Both the position numbers and the translations under genes were made by a program. This document shows positions 61,281 through 64,000 of a DNA stretch of 64,000 nucleotides, one piece after another. Positions within the stretch are counted from its first letter, which is position 1; each line of letters starts with the position of its first letter. The notes under the pieces are model-generated. The model had not been told where the DNA came from and ran no database searches. It saw nothing but the letters and a program-made list of their open reading frames with translations. The stretch is taken from contig CALXTN010000003.1 in the NCBI GenBank assembly GCA_944391405.1, forward strand, positions 5,587 to 69,586, read 5' to 3'. This stretch comes from an uncultured Alphaproteobacteria bacterium. Lineage in GTDB: Bacteria; Pseudomonadota; Alphaproteobacteria; RF32; CAG-239.

Positions 61281-61347
61281 ATTTATTTCTCCTTTTCTTA
61301 TAATTTATGAGTAAGTATATCATATAAACAAATTTTCTGCAATTCTT

Positions 61348-61806
61348 TTATACATATTTGATTGCATCAAGAGCTCCTTGTAAAATATAGGACGCTGCAG
61401 TCGCATCTAATACTTTTGCTCGTTTTTTACGTGACAAATCAACTTCTTTAATTAAAAAATTTTCCACTGCTGATGACGATAATCTTTCATCCCATAATAA
61501 AATAGGCAACCCTATTTTTTCTTCTAATACTTCTGCAAATTTACGAACTTCTGTGGCAATTTCTCCCTCTGTTCCATTCATTTGCAACGGCAACCCCATC
61601 ACAATACCGCCAATTTCTTTTTCTTTAATAATTTGGTTTAGTTCTGCTAAATCTTTATCTATATTTTTGCGGTAAATAATTTTATATGATGTTGCAATTG
61701 TACAAGACAAATCTGATACAGCTATGCCCATTCTCTTGCTGCCGTAATCTATTCCCAATATTGCTTTACGAGCCGGTAGTTTGTTCTTAAATTCTTTGGT
61801 ATCCAT
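61348..61806 (-). CDS. yqgF: YqgF/RuvX family nuclease
   Basis: LGIDYGSKRMGIAVSD, VMGLP, DERLSS and D..AA.YILQ. Confidence 0.95.
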   Translation of the reverse strand: MDTKEFKNKLPARKAILGIDYGSKRMGIAVSDLSCTIATSYKIIYRKNIDKDLAELNQIIKEKEIGGIVMGLPLQMNGTEGEIATEVRKFAEVLEEKIGLPILLWDERLSSSAVENFLIKEVDLSRKKRAKVLDATAASYILQGALDAIKYV

Positions 61807-61928
61807 TGTTTCTCCTTTTTTATTTTTATAACATAAAAATTTTTTTCTGTAAACTATTGAATGTTAGGATAAAATAAAGATATTATATCTTATCGTTTAT
61901 TACATTTATTTTATGAAAGCGAACTTGT

Positions 61929-63224
61929 ATGTGGAAAAAAGCGTTATCCTTTCTTTGTTTCTCTTGTTTTGTTTGTCATGCAGCTTTTGCCGGAATTAAA
62001 AGTATTGAAGAACAACGTAAAGAGTGGAATGAATGGCTTAATCAGCTTAAACAAGAAATGATAGATAAAGGTATCTCTAAAAAAACAATTGAAGAAGCCT
62101 ATAAAAATGATTATTTTCATGAAGTTAAGCAAGTTGAAATTCAAGACAAGAAACAAGCTGAATTTATTTTGACTTCCGATAAATATATTAATAAATTGGT
62201 TACCGCCAATAAAGTTAAAAGAGCTCGTGAACTATATAAAGAACTCAAACCTAAATATCAAAAAGTCAGTGAGCAATATGGTGTCCCTCTCAATTATCTT
62301 ATCGCATTTTGGGCCGTAGAGACGCATTTTGGTTATAATAAAGGGAAATATCATCTTATTGATGGACTTACTAATTTAAGCTATAAGAATCGCCGTGCAA
62401 ATTTTTTCAGACGTGAACTTTATCATGTTTTGCTTATTATGGATGAATATGAGCTAAGTGATGATAAAATGATGGGTTCGTGGGCCGGTGCCATGGGGCA
62501 TTTTCAGTTTATGCCTTCCACATATAATGCCTATGCTGTAGATTATGACGGTGATGGAGTGGCTGACATTTGGGATAGTTTTGATGACGCAATCGCTTCT
62601 GCGGCTAACTATCTCTCTAAGCTCGGATGGAAAGCTAATGAACCTTGGGGGCAAGAAATTAAACTTCCTTGGAATTTTGATTACAGCCTTATTGGAGCAA
62701 AAAAATTTAAAACCGTTAAAGAATGGAAAAAAATTGGGGTATTTAGTGCAAATGGAAAAGGCATTAAACTTCCAGATAATGCTCCGGCAAACGTTATTCT
62801 ACCTGATGGTCGGCGTGGTCGCGCTTATTTGGTTCTTAGCAACTTTCGCAGAATTATGATATGGAATCGCTCTACTAACTATGCTTTAGCTATTGTTATG
62901 CTTGCTGATTATATTGGAACTAATACCCCCTATCACGTACTTAATGAAAATCCTTATTATAAATTAACTAATGAAGATATTTTGACAGTTCAACACTTTG
63001 CTAACCGCGTTTTAAAATCAAATCTTAAAGAAGATGGAAGATTTGGTGCGAAAACAGCTAAAGAAGTCAAAAAGCTCCAAAAAAAATGGAAACTACCTCA
63101 AGATGGTATGCCTGACTATACTCTTTTAAATAAAATCAAAAACTATAAATCTTATACTGATTTTATGATTCCGCCGCAACCTAAGAAACCTCATTTAGCA
63201 AAAAAAGATCAGATAAAAAAATAA
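61929..63224 (+). CDS. MltB-family lytic murein transglycosylase with C-terminal peptidoglycan-binding domain
   Basis: WAVETHFG, GSWAGAMGHFQFMPS, DYDGDG, SAANYL, WN.S..YA and DG.FG.KT. Confidence 0.93.
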   Translation: MWKKALSFLCFSCFVCHAAFAGIKSIEEQRKEWNEWLNQLKQEMIDKGISKKTIEEAYKNDYFHEVKQVEIQDKKQAEFILTSDKYINKLVTANKVKRARELYKELKPKYQKVSEQYGVPLNYLIAFWAVETHFGYNKGKYHLIDGLTNLSYKNRRANFFRRELYHVLLIMDEYELSDDKMMGSWAGAMGHFQFMPSTYNAYAVDYDGDGVADIWDSFDDAIASAANYLSKLGWKANEPWGQEIKLPWNFDYSLIGAKKFKTVKEWKKIGVFSANGKGIKLPDNAPANVILPDGRRGRAYLVLSNFRRIMIWNRSTNYALAIVMLADYIGTNTPYHVLNENPYYKLTNEDILTVQHFANRVLKSNLKEDGRFGAKTAKEVKKLQKKWKLPQDGMPDYTLLNKIKNYKSYTDFMIPPQPKKPHLAKKDQIKK

Positions 63225-63260
63225 AGCCGTAAACAGCTTTTATATATTGAGTTTACGGCT
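63225..63260. terminator. Hairpin between convergent genes
   Basis: agccgtaaac..gtttacggct. Confidence 0.7.
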
Positions 63261-63281
63261 CTTCTTCTTTAAAAAAATTGT

Positions 63282-64000
63282 TTATGCTATTTTTTGCAAA
63301 ATTATTGGAGATTGAATTGGTGCTTCTGCGGATATTTTTATTGCTTTTCGCACAACTTCAGATATTGGCAAGATTGAATCTTTCTCTTCCGCATGAATAT
63401 AGCATAATGGTGTTTTAGAATTTACTTTATCGCCTATTTGGCAGAAATCTGTAAAACCTGTTGTATAGTTAATTTGTTGTTCCGGACGAGTTCTGCCTCC
63501 ACCCAACATAATTACCCCTAAACCAATCTCTCTGGTGTCTATACTTTCTACATAACCAGATGTTTCTGGATAAATTGCTTCAACATATGGGGCATGTGGC
63601 TTCTTTTGTTCATAGTTATCTAAAATATCCATATCTGCACCCAACATCTCTGCCATTTTACAGAAATGCTCATATGCCGAACCGGTTGAAATACTTTGTC
63701 TTAATTTTACTTCTGCTTCTAATTCGTCTTTAGCTATTCCGCTATTGATTAGCAACTCTTTGCACAGAGCCATCGTCACCGTATCTAACCGTTCATCAGC
63801 TTTTTTACCTTGCAGATATTCTATTGCTTCTGTTAATTCCAGAGCGTTTCCTACTGTTTTTCCCAATACGCTATTCATATCTGTTAGCAGGGCCGATGTT
63901 TTTGTACCGGCGCCGTTAGCCACTTCCACAATGGAATATGCTAATTCGGATGCTCTTTGCATATTTTCCATAAATGCACCATTGCCGCATTTTATGTCCA
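63282..64000 (-). CDS. deoA: Thymidine phosphorylase, C-terminal part (continues beyond the window)
   Basis: The frame stays open to the edge: DIKCGNGAFM, TDMN..LG..VGNALE and LGGGR. Confidence 0.93.
   Translation of the reverse strand, partial: DIKCGNGAFMENMQRASELAYSIVEVANGAGTKTSALLTDMNSVLGKTVGNALELTEAIEYLQGKKADERLDTVTMALCKELLINSGIAKDELEAEVKLRQSISTGSAYEHFCKMAEMLGADMDILDNYEQKKPHAPYVEAIYPETSGYVESIDTREIGLGVIMLGGGRTRPEQQINYTTGFTDFCQIGDKVNSKTPLCYIHAEEKDSILPISEVVRKAIKISAEAPIQSPIILQKIA

Noticed and set aside
61273-61314. 9-bp inverted repeat (TTACTCATA/TATGAGTAA) that could sequester a start codon
   Set aside because: The predicted transcription start after the TATACT -10 box falls inside the upstream arm, so the stem is unlikely to be in the mRNA; it is also short and AT-rich.
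63969-63971. ORF-track start of the 229-aa protein
   Set aside because: This is an internal Met of DeoA; the frame is open to the window edge.

Overview
Low-GC bacterial chromosome segment, most consistent with a reduced-genome gut-type alphaproteobacterium (inferred from the yfgM-bamB-der and mtaB-ftsY gene order, the rimP-nusA-DUF448-infB-rbfA operon and a 'GRSMIEMLGVLAI' prepilin; RF32/Rhodospirillales-like is a guess). The backbone is housekeeping: nagB (partial), rpsI/rplM, tkt, thyX, der, MsbA-like ABC, mutY, uppP, xseA, ftsY, mtaB, pgpA, uup, mscL, infB operon, type-2 ileS, yqgF, MltB-like, deoA (partial), tRNA-Gln(CUG) and tRNA-Leu(CAG). The main accessory feature is at 4.4-11.9 kb: an array of four intact genes and one decayed gene encoding diverged ~26-aa helical-repeat proteins. 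Each is a self-contained unit with a sigma70-type promoter, a conserved SD-less leader carrying a mini-ORF (ATG-TYN-YAY-YAT, closed by TAA in four of five) at near-fixed spacing, and its own terminator. Other unusual items: a ~300-nt unit bounded by 19-bp inverted repeats around a 68-aa ORF, a perfect 34-bp palindrome upstream of rplM, a 1829-aa autotransporter with ankyrin-like and Cys-rich modules, a MIF-like tautomerase, membrane-anchored GT8 paralogues and orphan proteins carrying phage-like or HExxH modules. No transposase, integrase, CRISPR array or rRNA was seen. All calls are by eye; no searches were run.
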